Part shown: one piece after another, positions 1 to 8,920 of the stretch
Layout of the letters: each line of letters opens with the position of its first letter
How positions within the stretch are numbered: the first letter of the stretch is position 1
Made by a program: the position numbers and the translations under genes
Notes under the pieces: generated by a model
Seen by the model: only the letters and a program-made list of their open reading frames with translations
Database searches by the model: none
Told to the model about the DNA's origin: nothing
Assembly: GCA_041661045.1 (NCBI GenBank)
Contig: JBAZVE010000001.1
Location: forward strand, 630,001-662,000
Length of the DNA: 32,000 nt
Direction of reading: 5' to 3'
DNA from: Candidatus Saccharimonadota bacterium
Lineage (GTDB): Bacteria > Patescibacteriota > Gracilibacteria > UBA1369 > 2-02-FULL-48-14

Positions 1-2
1 CC

Positions 3-338
3 ATGAACCTGGGCATTGGGGATGCCGCGGCGCTCATGTCTATTTTAAATACTCTCATCGACTCCACGGAAACGGACATCTCGGTGGACAGTGCCTTAAG
101 GTACTATTTCCGCTACCAAAACTTTGAACTCAATAATGGTAATGTGATCTCCACCGCCAATGTGCTCGATGCCGTGCCGGTTCCGGTGGATTACCTTACT
201 TCGCATCCCATCCAAACCTGTTTGGATGAGAGTCGTCCGGAAACATGTACACAAACTTATGCCATCGACACTCTTATGCCCATTGATTCGAACTGGGGCC
301 TGATTAGAGGCTTTGTTCAGCAGCTTTTGGATGAATAG
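3..338 (+). CDS. Hypothetical protein, probably the 3' end of a gene that starts left of the window
   Basis: The frame is open from the window edge to TAG at 336-338. I recognise no motif. It is convergent with the next gene. Confidence 0.4.
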   Translation: MNLGIGDAAALMSILNTLIDSTETDISVDSALRYYFRYQNFELNNGNVISTANVLDAVPVPVDYLTSHPIQTCLDESRPETCTQTYAIDTLMPIDSNWGLIRGFVQQLLDE

Positions 339-356
339 GTGAGGGCGAGTCTACTT

Positions 357-1220
357 TTACAATTTTGTGCGATTCTCATATGCCGCCAGTATATCTGTGC
401 AATCGGGGCTGTTGACGGTGATGAGATAAAAAAGATTTTCTCCTCGCAAAAGGATAGTGCTCCCACCGGATTGGATTTTTGTGTAGACCTTGGGTCGAAT
501 ATTGTTTTTCAGAAAGGCATACCACTCTTTTGGAGCGGAGCTTTGTTGTTTTAGGTTGGGAGCAAATTCGTACCGCAAATACGCTTTTGCTTCTTGAAAG
601 TTTAGAAGTCTCATTTCGATGATCTCATCAAAACTTACATGAATGGTGAATTTTCTATCTGGGTGGGAGAGGTCTTTGTCGGTAAAAATGAAGTTTATGC
701 CTGTAGGATCCAGTTCGTATTTGGGCAATAAAATCTGTCCCCATTTTTTGAGTTTGTTTAGGATGGGGTCCATCATCCTGCGCAAAATGGCGATATATAC
801 GCCATAGGTGGCGATTTGAATGTAGAACTCCCGATTTAGGCTAAAGTCCTTTTCGTACTTTAAAATGAAATAACTGATGCCCACCATGATGGTGGATAAG
901 AATATTAAACTTAGAATGGTCCCCAAGAAATTCTTTACGAGAAGAAAATGATTGAGACCTTTCCCAAAACTTTGGAACTTGTCTTGAGCTTGTGTTTCGT
1001 TCCAGCTCTCCGTTCGGTAGACAGTCTGTTTCATCAGGGAATATCCATTCTCCATAAAGGTACAGAAAAAGAGTGGGACAATAATGGCTGTCATTGGAGT
1101 GAACTGTGAGCCGGAGGACAGGGAAAGGAGCAAACAGATGAATCCAAAGAGCATTCCTCCAGAAAATAAGATCAGTCCGCTTAACCTTGTTTTGAGCTTG
1201 GAAAGTTTGTGAGTGAACAT
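357..1220 (-). CDS. Hypothetical integral membrane protein, about 4 N-terminal TM helices plus a roughly 150-aa soluble C-terminal domain
   Basis: 287-aa ORF with an ATG start, 12 nt downstream of the map stop on the same strand. Hydrophobic segments include LSGLILFSGGMLFGFICLLLSL and FLGTILSLIFLSTIMVGISYFIL. No family recognised. Confidence 0.6.
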   Translation of the reverse strand: MFTHKLSKLKTRLSGLILFSGGMLFGFICLLLSLSSGSQFTPMTAIIVPLFFCTFMENGYSLMKQTVYRTESWNETQAQDKFQSFGKGLNHFLLVKNFLGTILSLIFLSTIMVGISYFILKYEKDFSLNREFYIQIATYGVYIAILRRMMDPILNKLKKWGQILLPKYELDPTGINFIFTDKDLSHPDRKFTIHVSFDEIIEMRLLNFQEAKAYLRYEFAPNLKQQSSAPKEWYAFLKNNIRPKVYTKIQSGGSTILLRGENLFYLITVNSPDCTDILAAYENRTKL

Positions 1221-1232
1221 AGGCTGTTGAGC

Positions 1233-2009
1233 TTATTGGCGTTTCTCTCCTTCCCGCAGAGTTAAGATTTCGTTGCCACGGTCGGTGATAAGGAGGGTAT
1301 GTTCGTGTTGAATGGCGAGGGAGCCATCTTCGGTGATGATGGTCCAGTCGTCGTCGAGCGTTTGAATTTCGGGACGGCCCATGGCAATGATGGGTTCGAT
1401 GGCGATGCACATACCGGGAACCAATTCTTCTCCTTCTCCGGGTTCCCCATAGTTGCAAACGAAGGGAGGCTCGTGCAGACGAGTGCCGATGCCGTGTCCG
1501 GTGAGTTCACGAATGATTGAAAATCCCGCCGCTTCCACAATGGTTTGGATGGCGTGACCGATATCGCCAACATGGTTTCCGGGTTTGGCCTGTGCCACTC
1601 CGCTCCATAAAGCGGTAATACAAGTGTCCACCAGTCGTTTGGCTTCACTGATGGTCTCGTTTCCCACAATGCAGGCCACAGCGGAATCACTGTTCATTCC
1701 ATCAATAATCACTCCGCAGTCGATGGAGAGGATGTCCCCCTTTTGCATGGGGATTTTGTTGGGAATGGTGTGGACCACTTCATCGTTCACCGAAGTACAC
1801 AGAATGTTGGGGTAGCCGTTGTACCCTTTAAAACCCGGTTGTACTTGATATCTTTTGAATAGCTCTTCGGCTTTTCTTTCCAGGTCCATGGTGCTCATTC
1901 CGACTTCTAAAACTTTTTCGAGTTCACTCAAAATCACCGCGAGAGCTTTGCCGGATTCGCGCATCGCACGGATTTGATTTGGTGTTTTTATGCTGACTTT
2001 TCCTCGCAT
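1233..2009 (-). CDS. map: Methionine aminopeptidase, type I
   Basis: 258 aa with MetAP metal-site blocks (SIDCGVIIDGMNSDSA, LTGHGIGTRLHEPP, IAIEP). It sits in the canonical position after adk and overlaps adk by 22 nt. Confidence 0.95.
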   Translation of the reverse strand: MRGKVSIKTPNQIRAMRESGKALAVILSELEKVLEVGMSTMDLERKAEELFKRYQVQPGFKGYNGYPNILCTSVNDEVVHTIPNKIPMQKGDILSIDCGVIIDGMNSDSAVACIVGNETISEAKRLVDTCITALWSGVAQAKPGNHVGDIGHAIQTIVEAAGFSIIRELTGHGIGTRLHEPPFVCNYGEPGEGEELVPGMCIAIEPIIAMGRPEIQTLDDDWTIITEDGSLAIQHEHTLLITDRGNEILTLREGEKRQ

Positions 2010-2644
2010 GAGAAATGAGGTTTAAGGACTTCAAAAATATCCTTGGTCACCTCATCTATAGATTGTTCTCCTTTTACAATCAACATTTTTCCTTGTGCTT
2101 TATAGGCTTCGATGACAGGGACGGTTTTTTCCACGAAAGTATCGAGTCGAACGCGGATCGCATCCGGCGTGTCGTCTTGGCGGGTGATCAAAGTGCTTCC
2201 ATCTTTTTCACAAGTTTCCTTTTCATAAAAAGCGGGGTAGATGGTTTTACACTCCGGGCACAGACGACGAGTGGTGAGCCGCTTGATGGCTTCTTCTTCG
2301 GTGAGTTCAATGAGTAAACCCACAAAAGAGCGGCCCTCTTTTTGCATGAGTTCGTCGAAGAGTTTTTGTTGATCGTCTGACCGTGGAATTCCATCGAACA
2401 AAGCGGCTTTGCCTTCGGGTAAGTGGTGTAGAAAATCTGCAATGATTTCCATCACTACTTCCGTGGGTACGAGTCGTCCGGATTCGATGATGCTTTTGAC
2501 TCGCATCCCGAGCTCACTGTTTTCTGCTGCGAGGCGACGCAATTCCGCACCGGTTTCAAAAATCTGCAGAGAGCAACGGTCGGCTATCCTTTGGCTTTGA
2601 GTTCCTTTTCCGGAGCCCTGCATTCCAAACATTATGAGATCCAT
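1988..2644 (-). CDS. adk: Adenylate kinase with a Cys3-Asp zinc lid
   Basis: 218 aa with P-loop GMQGSGKGTQ and lid CPEC...CEKD followed by RQDD. Canonical position after secY. Confidence 0.93.
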   Translation of the reverse strand: MDLIMFGMQGSGKGTQSQRIADRCSLQIFETGAELRRLAAENSELGMRVKSIIESGRLVPTEVVMEIIADFLHHLPEGKAALFDGIPRSDDQQKLFDELMQKEGRSFVGLLIELTEEEAIKRLTTRRLCPECKTIYPAFYEKETCEKDGSTLITRQDDTPDAIRVRLDTFVEKTVPVIEAYKAQGKMLIVKGEQSIDEVTKDIFEVLKPHFSCEEKSA

Positions 2645-2668
2645 AGCTTTGAGAGTGAAGGGGGCTCG

Positions 2669-3991
2669 CTATCCTTTGTAAAACCTCTCGTAGTGATGCG
2701 TGAGGAGGTCTGTGTTGATGCGACGAACCAAATCCAATACCACTCCCACCACAATGATGATTCCTGCTCCACTCACGACCATTGGCATTGAACCGAGGCT
2801 TAATTTTGCGAAGATAAGTTGAAGTGCGATGGGGAGAACAGCCACGAAAGCGATCATGGTACCTCCAAATAAGTTGAGACGATTGGACACCTTTGCCAGG
2901 TATTCCGAGGTCTCTTTTCCCGGTCGAAGTCCAGGTACGAATCCACCTCGTTTTTGAATGTTTTCAGCTACCTGATCGGGGTTGAAGACAATGCTGACAT
3001 AGAAGAAGGTGAAGGCGATAACCAAGAAGAAATAGATTCCGATGTAAGTCCAGCTTTGTCCGTTGAATTGAGTGGTTGCGAAGCGGCCAAGTGCCTTGAC
3101 CCATTCGGAATCAGCATACAAAAGGAATTGTCCGATGATAGAAGGGAAGGTCACCAAAGAGACTGCAAAAATGATAGGGATCATTCCGGCTTGATTCACT
3201 CGAATAGGTAAGAAGGATTGTTCCACTTTTCCACGACCTCGTTGTCCCGCATAAGTGACGGGGATCCGGCGCTGTCCTTCGGTGAAGAGCACCACCACAA
3301 GAGTGAAGAGGAGAGAGAACAAAAGCACGGCTACGAGTGGCAAAAGTCGTTCGGGTTCAGATTGTGCCAGAGTGAGAGTGGGTCCGATGAGGGGGGGCAT
3401 TGCGGCAATAATTCCCGCAAAAATCAGTACGGAAGTTCCGTTTCCGATTCCTTTTTCCGAGATCACTTCACCCAGCCACATGAGCACGAGTGTTCCTGCG
3501 GAGATGGTGAGCATGATGGGGAGCATGGTTGCCCAGTAGTCCCAGCCCACGAGGCTTCCATCGAGACCTTCAATGATGGGCACTTGGGCTTGCGCATTGA
3601 TGAGGGTGATCATTCCATAAGACTGCAAAAAGGCCAAAGGCAAGGTGAGCCAACGGGTCCAGCGATTCATTCTTCGGCGGCCTTCTTCTCCTTCTTTGGA
3701 AATTTCTTCCAAACGGGGGATAATAACGGTGAGCAATTGAATAATGATGGACGCATTGATGTATGGAGAAAGCCCCATCAAAACGATGGAGAAGTTCTCG
3801 CTGCTTCCTCCGGTGAGGAGACTGAAAGCTCCAAGAAGAGAGTTTTTATCAAATACATATTGAAGAGCCTCAATATTTACCTCCGGGATTGTGATGTGAG
3901 TCATCAAACGGTAAACCGCAACGATTCCCAAAGTAAAAAGAATCTTTTTTCGCAGATCCTTTGAGTGCCAGATTTGCTTTAAAACTTTCAC
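2669..3991 (-). CDS. secY: Preprotein translocase subunit SecY
   Basis: 440-aa polytopic membrane protein with a SecY-like N-terminus (LRKKILFTLGIVAVYRL) in the canonical position after rplO. The start codon at 3989-3991 is GTG. Confidence 0.95.
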   Translation of the reverse strand: MKVLKQIWHSKDLRKKILFTLGIVAVYRLMTHITIPEVNIEALQYVFDKNSLLGAFSLLTGGSSENFSIVLMGLSPYINASIIIQLLTVIIPRLEEISKEGEEGRRRMNRWTRWLTLPLAFLQSYGMITLINAQAQVPIIEGLDGSLVGWDYWATMLPIMLTISAGTLVLMWLGEVISEKGIGNGTSVLIFAGIIAAMPPLIGPTLTLAQSEPERLLPLVAVLLFSLLFTLVVVLFTEGQRRIPVTYAGQRGRGKVEQSFLPIRVNQAGMIPIIFAVSLVTFPSIIGQFLLYADSEWVKALGRFATTQFNGQSWTYIGIYFFLVIAFTFFYVSIVFNPDQVAENIQKRGGFVPGLRPGKETSEYLAKVSNRLNLFGGTMIAFVAVLPIALQLIFAKLSLGSMPMVVSGAGIIIVVGVVLDLVRRINTDLLTHHYERFYKG

Positions 3992-4004
3992 GAGTGGGGG
4001 TTAA

Positions 4005-4442
4005 TTACTGAATCAAGGTCAACTCACCACCAGCTTTTTCTACCGCCTTTTTGGCGTTTTCAGAAGCGGCGTTAACAGTGATTTTGAGTTTTATCTTAAG
4101 GTCACCGGTTCCGAGCAATTTGATCTTTCCTTTTCGAGTTACGATGCGTTTTTCATGTAAAGCTTCGGCATTTACCGTTGCTCCATCTTCAAACACATCC
4201 AACTGGTTGAGGTTAACGGTTCGGTAAACTTCTTTGTTGAAATTGTTGAATCCCTTCAGTTTTGGCATTCGACGAACCAATGGAGTTTGACCTCCTTCAA
4301 ACGCTGCTCGGGATTTGGCGCCTGTTCGAGCGCCCGCTCCTTTCACTCCTCGTCCGGAGAAATTTCCTTTGGTGCGGCCACGGCCACGACGGATCTTATC
4401 TTTGCGGCTGCCTGGGGCTGATTTTAGAGTATTTTGCTTCAT
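4005..4442 (-). CDS. rplO: 50S ribosomal protein L15
   Basis: 145 aa with a Gly/Arg-rich N-terminus (GRGRTKGNFSGRGVKG...GGQTPL) typical of uL15. It follows rpsE directly. Confidence 0.93.
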   Translation of the reverse strand: MKQNTLKSAPGSRKDKIRRGRGRTKGNFSGRGVKGAGARTGAKSRAAFEGGQTPLVRRMPKLKGFNNFNKEVYRTVNLNQLDVFEDGATVNAEALHEKRIVTRKGKIKLLGTGDLKIKLKITVNAASENAKKAVEKAGGELTLIQ

Positions 4443-4453
4443 GGGAAATCTTT

Positions 4454-5092
4454 TTAGTTAGTCTTTTCTTTACTTGGAGCCGGTTTCTTTGCCGGAGTGT
4501 TCATTCTTTTGTCTGCATTGACCATTATCTTTGCTTCAGACTTTGATATTTTCTTTACCTCGGGCGCTGCACGGTCTTCACCGAACTCTGCTTTGCTTTC
4601 TTTTTGTCGGTCGGTCTCGGTGTTTGGTTTTTCACGGAGTTTTGTGAGCGCTTTGTAAGTTGCTTTTGCCGTATTGATCTTGTTTGTGGATCCCAAAGAC
4701 TTGGATAATACATTACTGACTCCTGCAAGCTCAAGGATTTGTCGAACGGCTCCTCCTGCGATGATTCCCGTTCCAATGCTCGCGGGCTTCATAAGCACCT
4801 GAGAAGCTTTGAACTTCACTTGAATCATGTGGGGAATGGTTCCGTTGTAGACTGGAACTTTGATGAGTCGTTTTTTGGCTTTTGCAACCGCTTTTTGAAT
4901 GGCTTGTTGTACTTCTGTTGCCTTTCCGATTCCATATCCAACGGTTCCTTTCTTGTTTCCAATCACCACTGTTGCTCGGAAGCGAAGACGGCGACCTCCT
5001 TTAACCACACGAGTCACGCGGTCAACTTGAATGACTTCTTCTTCGAACTCTTTGACTTCTTTGACGAATGGTTTTTTTCCGGGTCTTGCCAT
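4454..5092 (-). CDS. rpsE: 30S ribosomal protein S5 with a roughly 50-aa Lys-rich C-terminal extension
   Basis: 212 aa with the uS5 core (VVKGGRRLRFRATVVIGNKKGTVGYGIGKA). The tail ends ...PAKKPAPSKEKTN. Confidence 0.95.
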   Translation of the reverse strand: MARPGKKPFVKEVKEFEEEVIQVDRVTRVVKGGRRLRFRATVVIGNKKGTVGYGIGKATEVQQAIQKAVAKAKKRLIKVPVYNGTIPHMIQVKFKASQVLMKPASIGTGIIAGGAVRQILELAGVSNVLSKSLGSTNKINTAKATYKALTKLREKPNTETDRQKESKAEFGEDRAAPEVKKISKSEAKIMVNADKRMNTPAKKPAPSKEKTN

Positions 5093-5106
5093 AAAAAATT
5101 TATAGA

Positions 5107-5460
5107 TTAGAAATTGAGGCCACCTTCTCGAGCACCGTCTGCAACGGCTTTTACTCGGCCATGATACTTATATCCATTTCGATCGAATACACAAGTCTTA
5201 ATTCCAGCTTTCTCTGCTTTTTCTGCAAGCTCTTTTCCTACTTCTGCTGCTCGTTCCAACTTGGTTTTCTTGGATTTCGCGGCCATGTCGTGAGCGGCTG
5301 CAAGTGTTTTTCCGGTCTTATCATCAATCAGCTGAGCGTAAGTGTACTTCAAGCTTCGGAACACGATCAATCGTGGCTTTTCGGCAACTCCGGAGACACG
5401 AGATCGAATGCGGATGTGTCTGCGAGTGCGGTGCTCCGATTTGGTTTTTGGACGATTCAT
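5107..5460 (-). CDS. rplR: 50S ribosomal protein L18
   Basis: 117 aa with uL18 N-terminal [12 protein letters not shown] and C-terminal [24 protein letters not shown]. Confidence 0.93.
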   Translation of the reverse strand: MNRPKTKSEHRTRRHIRIRSRVSGVAEKPRLIVFRSLKYTYAQLIDDKTGKTLAAAHDMAAKSKKTKLERAAEVGKELAEKAEKAGIKTCVFDRNGYKYHGRVKAVADGAREGGLNF

Positions 5461-5472
5461 AGAATTTAAGGG

Positions 5473-6030
5473 TTACGCGGAAGCTTTTGAGGCAGCTTTA
5501 CCGGCTTTTCGACGAATATGTTCATCGGAGTATTTGATTCCTTTTCCTTTGTAGGGCTCAGGTTTTCGGAATTCACGGATTTCGGCGGCCACTTGTCCTA
5601 CCAATTGTTTGTCGATTCCAGAGATGTACAGGATGTTCTTTTTCTCATCATCCACCTTGAATGTAATTCCTGCCGGAGTAGGGTATTCGATGGGGTGAGA
5701 GTATCCGAGGTTCAAGACCAATTTACTTCCCTGAACGGCTACGCGGTAACCCACTCCATTGATCTCCATCGTTTTCATGAAGGCTTTTGTCACTCCTTCC
5801 ACCATGTTTGCAAGCAGCGTTCGAGTGAGTCCGTGCAAAGAGTGTTGGATCTTATCGGATTGGTCTGCAACCACAATGAGTTCGTTCTCTTTCACCTCCA
5901 CCTTGATGAGAGGATTTGGCTTAAAGCTGAGTTCTCCCTTTGGCCCCTTCACCACGAGTGTTCCGTCACTTTGTTCTGTTACGGTGACTCCGGTTGGGAT
6001 GACGACAGGTTTTTTTCCGATTCGTGACAT
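5473..6030 (-). CDS. rplF: 50S ribosomal protein L6
   Basis: 185 aa beginning MSRIGKKPVVIP, containing GYSHPIEY, in the canonical position. Confidence 0.95.
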   Translation of the reverse strand: MSRIGKKPVVIPTGVTVTEQSDGTLVVKGPKGELSFKPNPLIKVEVKENELIVVADQSDKIQHSLHGLTRTLLANMVEGVTKAFMKTMEINGVGYRVAVQGSKLVLNLGYSHPIEYPTPAGITFKVDDEKKNILYISGIDKQLVGQVAAEIREFRKPEPYKGKGIKYSDEHIRRKAGKAASKASA

Positions 6031-6056
6031 AAGGTGTTTAGTTTAGAGTAGGCGGT

Positions 6057-6443
6057 TTAATATATCTCACAAAGGTATTCTCCTCCAAGTTTTTGTTTGC
6101 GAGCCTTGTCTCCGCTCATGACTCCTTTTGGAGTTGAAATGATTGCAAGACCGAGGCCGCTGAGCACTCGTGGGATTTCTTGAGACTTTACATAGATGCG
6201 TTGCCCTGGTTTGCTCACGGATTTGAGGTGAATATCCTGACGATCTTCTGGAAGTTCAACCATAAGTTCTTTAGCAATTCCTTCTCCGCTTGCTTTTACC
6301 TCGAGGATGAATCCTTTCTCCTTAAGCACTTCACAGATTGCGAATTTGAGCTTGGAGTAGGGTACTCGCACGATGGTTTTTCGAGCACGAGCTGCGTTTC
6401 GAAGGCGAGTGAGAAGATCTGCGATGGGGTCTGTTACTGTCAT
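6057..6443 (-). CDS. rpsH: 30S ribosomal protein S8
   Basis: The true start is the internal ATG at 6441-6443, giving MTVTDPIADLLTRLRNA (128 aa). The 214-aa track ORF is an upstream read-through that overlaps rpsN. Confidence 0.93.
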   Translation of the reverse strand: MTVTDPIADLLTRLRNAARARKTIVRVPYSKLKFAICEVLKEKGFILEVKASGEGIAKELMVELPEDRQDIHLKSVSKPGQRIYVKSQEIPRVLSGLGLAIISTPKGVMSGDKARKQKLGGEYLCEIY

Positions 6444-6513
6444 TTTGAGCTTATTAATTAGTTGAGTGAGGGGGCAGGAGCGAACAGACAGGGAGTCTGC
6501 GCTTCGCGCAGTG

Positions 6514-6744
6514 TTACCAGGAAGATTTTTTAATTCCCATGAGGGCACCTTTTCGTGCAAGTTCACGGAAGCAAATACGGCAGAGATCAAAACGACGCAT
6601 GTATCCGTGTGAACGGCCACATTTTCCACAACGGTTGTAGGTCCGTACGGCTTGTCCAGGCTTTGGAGCAAGTCCGAGAGACAAACGGTGTTTAACCGCA
6701 TCTCTTGCTTTTGCCGCCTTATTGATCATCGAGAGTTTTGCCAT
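6514..6744 (-). CDS. rpsN: 30S ribosomal protein S14, zinc-binding type
   Basis: 76 aa with CGKC...CRIC (C-x2-C-x12-C-x2-C), ending KSSW. Canonical position between rplE and rpsH. Confidence 0.9.
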   Translation of the reverse strand: MAKLSMINKAAKARDAVKHRLSLGLAPKPGQAVRTYNRCGKCGRSHGYMRRFDLCRICFRELARKGALMGIKKSSW

Positions 6745-6763
6745 TTTTCAGGTGGTGTAAGAA

Positions 6764-7336
6764 TTACTTTTTAGAAGGTTTAACATCTTTGGGCTCATCC
6801 CTGAATGGGAATCCCAGTGCTTTCAAAAGAAGGTAAGTTTCACGGTTGTTTTTAGCCGTTGTAGATACATTCACTTGAAGGCCATGGGGTCTTTGGAGCT
6901 TTTCTTGATTCACTTCTGGGAAAATGGTGCAGTCTTCGAGCCCAAGGCTGAAATTGCCTTGTCCATCCATACCTCGGCTGGAAATTCCACGGAAATCTCG
7001 TACGCGGGGAAGTGCAATGTTCACCAATCGGGAAATGAAGTCGTAAGCACGGTCTCCACGGAGGGTGCTGTTGAGTCCTACCGGGAGTCCGGCACGCAAC
7101 TTGAAGTTGGAAATCGCTTTACGAGCTTTTCGGAGCACTGGCTTCTGGCCGGTTATTTCCGCAATGCTGGTTTCAATATGACTGAAATCTTTCATTCCTC
7201 CGGTTACCATGCTTCCAATTCCAACACTGATGCTCACTTGTCTGAGTTTAGGTAAGGAATTGATGTTTTTTCGTCCCAACTCTTTTTGGAGCATGGGGAC
7301 GACTTCCTTGATGTATTTTTCTTGTAGGGTTGACAT
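6764..7336 (-). CDS. rplE: 50S ribosomal protein L5
   Basis: 190 aa with uL5 blocks (NINSLPKLRQVSISVGIG, FRGISSRGMDGQGNFSLGL) and a short Lys-rich tail. Confidence 0.95.
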   Translation of the reverse strand: MSTLQEKYIKEVVPMLQKELGRKNINSLPKLRQVSISVGIGSMVTGGMKDFSHIETSIAEITGQKPVLRKARKAISNFKLRAGLPVGLNSTLRGDRAYDFISRLVNIALPRVRDFRGISSRGMDGQGNFSLGLEDCTIFPEVNQEKLQRPHGLQVNVSTTAKNNRETYLLLKALGFPFRDEPKDVKPSKK

Positions 7337-7368
7337 AGTGATGGGGGCAGATTCGGCTGTGCCGAGGA

Positions 7369-7674
7369 TTAGATTACGGATTTACTTTTTTTTGCAATGC
7401 GTTCTTTTTTACCGTCTTTGGAGATTTGATGACCAACGCGAGTCCCTTTCTTTGTCTTTGGGTCCAGGAGCATCACATTTGAGACATGAAGGGGAGCTTC
7501 GAATTGAACCTTTTGTCCAGCTTGAGTCTTGGTCTTACGCATGTGACGGACAACCTTATTTAGACCCTCCACCACAACGCGTTCAGACTTATTCAGGATT
7601 CGAATCACAGTGCCGGTTTTATTCCGTTCTTTTCCTGCGATTACAACGACAGTGTCTCCTTTTTTGATTTTCAT
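7369..7674 (-). CDS. rplX: 50S ribosomal protein L24
   Basis: 101 aa with the KOW motif [21 protein letters not shown]. Its ATG overlaps the rplN stop (ATGA). Confidence 0.93.
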   Translation of the reverse strand: MKIKKGDTVVVIAGKERNKTGTVIRILNKSERVVVEGLNKVVRHMRKTKTQAGQKVQFEAPLHVSNVMLLDPKTKKGTRVGHQISKDGKKERIAKKSKSVI

Positions 7675-8039
7675 AATACTTCAGGTGCTAAAGAAATGAT
7701 TTTTTGGAATCCGCGATCACGGAGTTCACGAGCTACGGGTCCAAAGACACGAGTACCTTTGGGGACTCCATCCTTGCCGATGATCACTACTGCGTTTTCA
7801 TCGAATCGTATGCAAGTTCCATCTTTTCGTTTGTGATTTTTGGTTACTCGGACGATTACAGCTCGTTGCACGGTTTTTTGCTTCACCGCTCCCTTTGGGG
7901 CAGCCTTCTTTACGGAGACAATGATCTCATCTCCAATGTGGGCATAGCGGCGTTTTGAGCTTCCGAGCACCTTGATGCACATCACCTCTTTGGCTCCACT
8001 GTTGTCCGCGACTTGTAGAATGGTTTGTTGCTGAATCAT
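7671..8039 (-). CDS. rplN: 50S ribosomal protein L14
   Basis: 122 aa starting [17 protein letters not shown], a highly conserved uL14 sequence. It ends in a TGA stop. Confidence 0.97.
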   Translation of the reverse strand: MIQQQTILQVADNSGAKEVMCIKVLGSSKRRYAHIGDEIIVSVKKAAPKGAVKQKTVQRAVIVRVTKNHKRKDGTCIRFDENAVVIIGKDGVPKGTRVFGPVARELRDRGFQKIISLAPEVL

Positions 8040-8040
8040 A

Positions 8041-8289
8041 TTATTTCTTAGATGGTTTTTCAGTTGAAGGCTTTTCTACCGTCCATCGTTTTAGACGAGA
8101 GAGGGGACGAGTTTCATAGATGGTGACTTTGTCCTCAACATTGAATTCTTCTTTTTCGTCGTGCACATGGAACTTTTCGGCCACGCTGTACCGTTTTTTG
8201 TACTTGGGATCCTGTTTGGAGGTTTCCACTTTTACAACGATGCTTTTGGCACCTGACTTGGAGCTGACGATTCCTTCTTTAGTTCGCAT
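8041..8289 (-). CDS. rpsQ: 30S ribosomal protein S17
   Basis: 82 aa with uS17-like [17 protein letters not shown]...KKRYSV..KFHVHDE. Confidence 0.93.
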   Translation of the reverse strand: MRTKEGIVSSKSGAKSIVVKVETSKQDPKYKKRYSVAEKFHVHDEKEEFNVEDKVTIYETRPLSRLKRWTVEKPSTEKPSKK

Positions 8290-8295
8290 AGAAAT

Positions 8296-8499
8296 TTAGT
8301 TAGGCTGATTGTTGAGAGTTTGAATCTGTGAGCGCTGTTTGGCCCATTGTTTAACGAGATGACTTTGCTTCTCTTTACCTGTACGAATGTTCAGGTTGAG
8401 CTGCGCCAATTCTTTATCACTTGCGACCATGAGTTTGCTGCGATCAGCGGAGCTCATTTTGCGAAGTTCTTCGAGGCTGTAAATTTTAGTGTCGCTCAT
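8296..8499 (-). CDS. rpmC: 50S ribosomal protein L29
   Basis: I prefer the ATG at 8497-8499 (MSDTKIYSLEELRKMS, 67 aa), which abuts the rplP stop. The track start at 8520 would overlap rplP by 20 nt. Confidence 0.85.
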   Translation of the reverse strand: MSDTKIYSLEELRKMSSADRSKLMVASDKELAQLNLNIRTGKEKQSHLVKQWAKQRSQIQTLNNQPN

Positions 8500-8500
8500 A

Positions 8501-8917
8501 TTATTGATTGATTGAAACAAATCGTGTTTTAACGGGAAGTTTGTGACCGGCCATGATGAGGGCCTCTCGAGCTACTTTTTCATCCACTCCATCCATCTCA
8601 AACAGCATTGTTCCCGGCTTCACCAGTGTGGTGTATCGGTCCACGGACCCCTTTCCGGATCCCATTGGAGTCTCTGCTGCTTTCAGGGTGATTGGCTTGT
8701 GGGGGAATACGCGGATCCAAATCTTTCCGGTTCGTTGTACATGGTGAGCCAAGACACGACGAGCGGCTTCGATTTGTCGGGAAGACACTTCGCTGATCTC
8801 AAGACTCTTCAAGCCGTAGCTCCCGAAGGCAAGAGTGCATCCGCCCTTGGCGGTTCCACTGAAGCTTCCGCGAAGGCGTTGCCATTTTCGATATTTTGCT
8901 CGTTTAGGGAGTAGCAT
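8501..8917 (-). CDS. rplP: 50S ribosomal protein L16
   Basis: 138 aa starting MLLPKRAKYRK, with ...RMGSGKGSVD-like PMGSGKGSVDRY. Confidence 0.97.
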   Translation of the reverse strand: MLLPKRAKYRKWQRLRGSFSGTAKGGCTLAFGSYGLKSLEISEVSSRQIEAARRVLAHHVQRTGKIWIRVFPHKPITLKAAETPMGSGKGSVDRYTTLVKPGTMLFEMDGVDEKVAREALIMAGHKLPVKTRFVSINQ

Positions 8918-8920
8918 AGT

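Noticed and set aside
841-1458. A 205-aa minus-strand ORF spanning the map/membrane-protein junction
   Set aside because: It is an Arg/His/Pro-rich out-of-frame read across two better-supported genes.
6444-6701. An N-terminal extension of the rpsH ORF (214-aa version)
   Set aside because: The extension overlaps rpsN in another frame and has no S8 similarity. The conserved S8 N-terminus begins at the ATG at 6443.
7671-7673. Possible alternative genetic code, with UGA recoded as in some CPR-related lineages
   Set aside because: All conserved genes are full length under the standard code. TGA is used as a genuine stop, for example in rplN, fusA and the CaCA-like gene.
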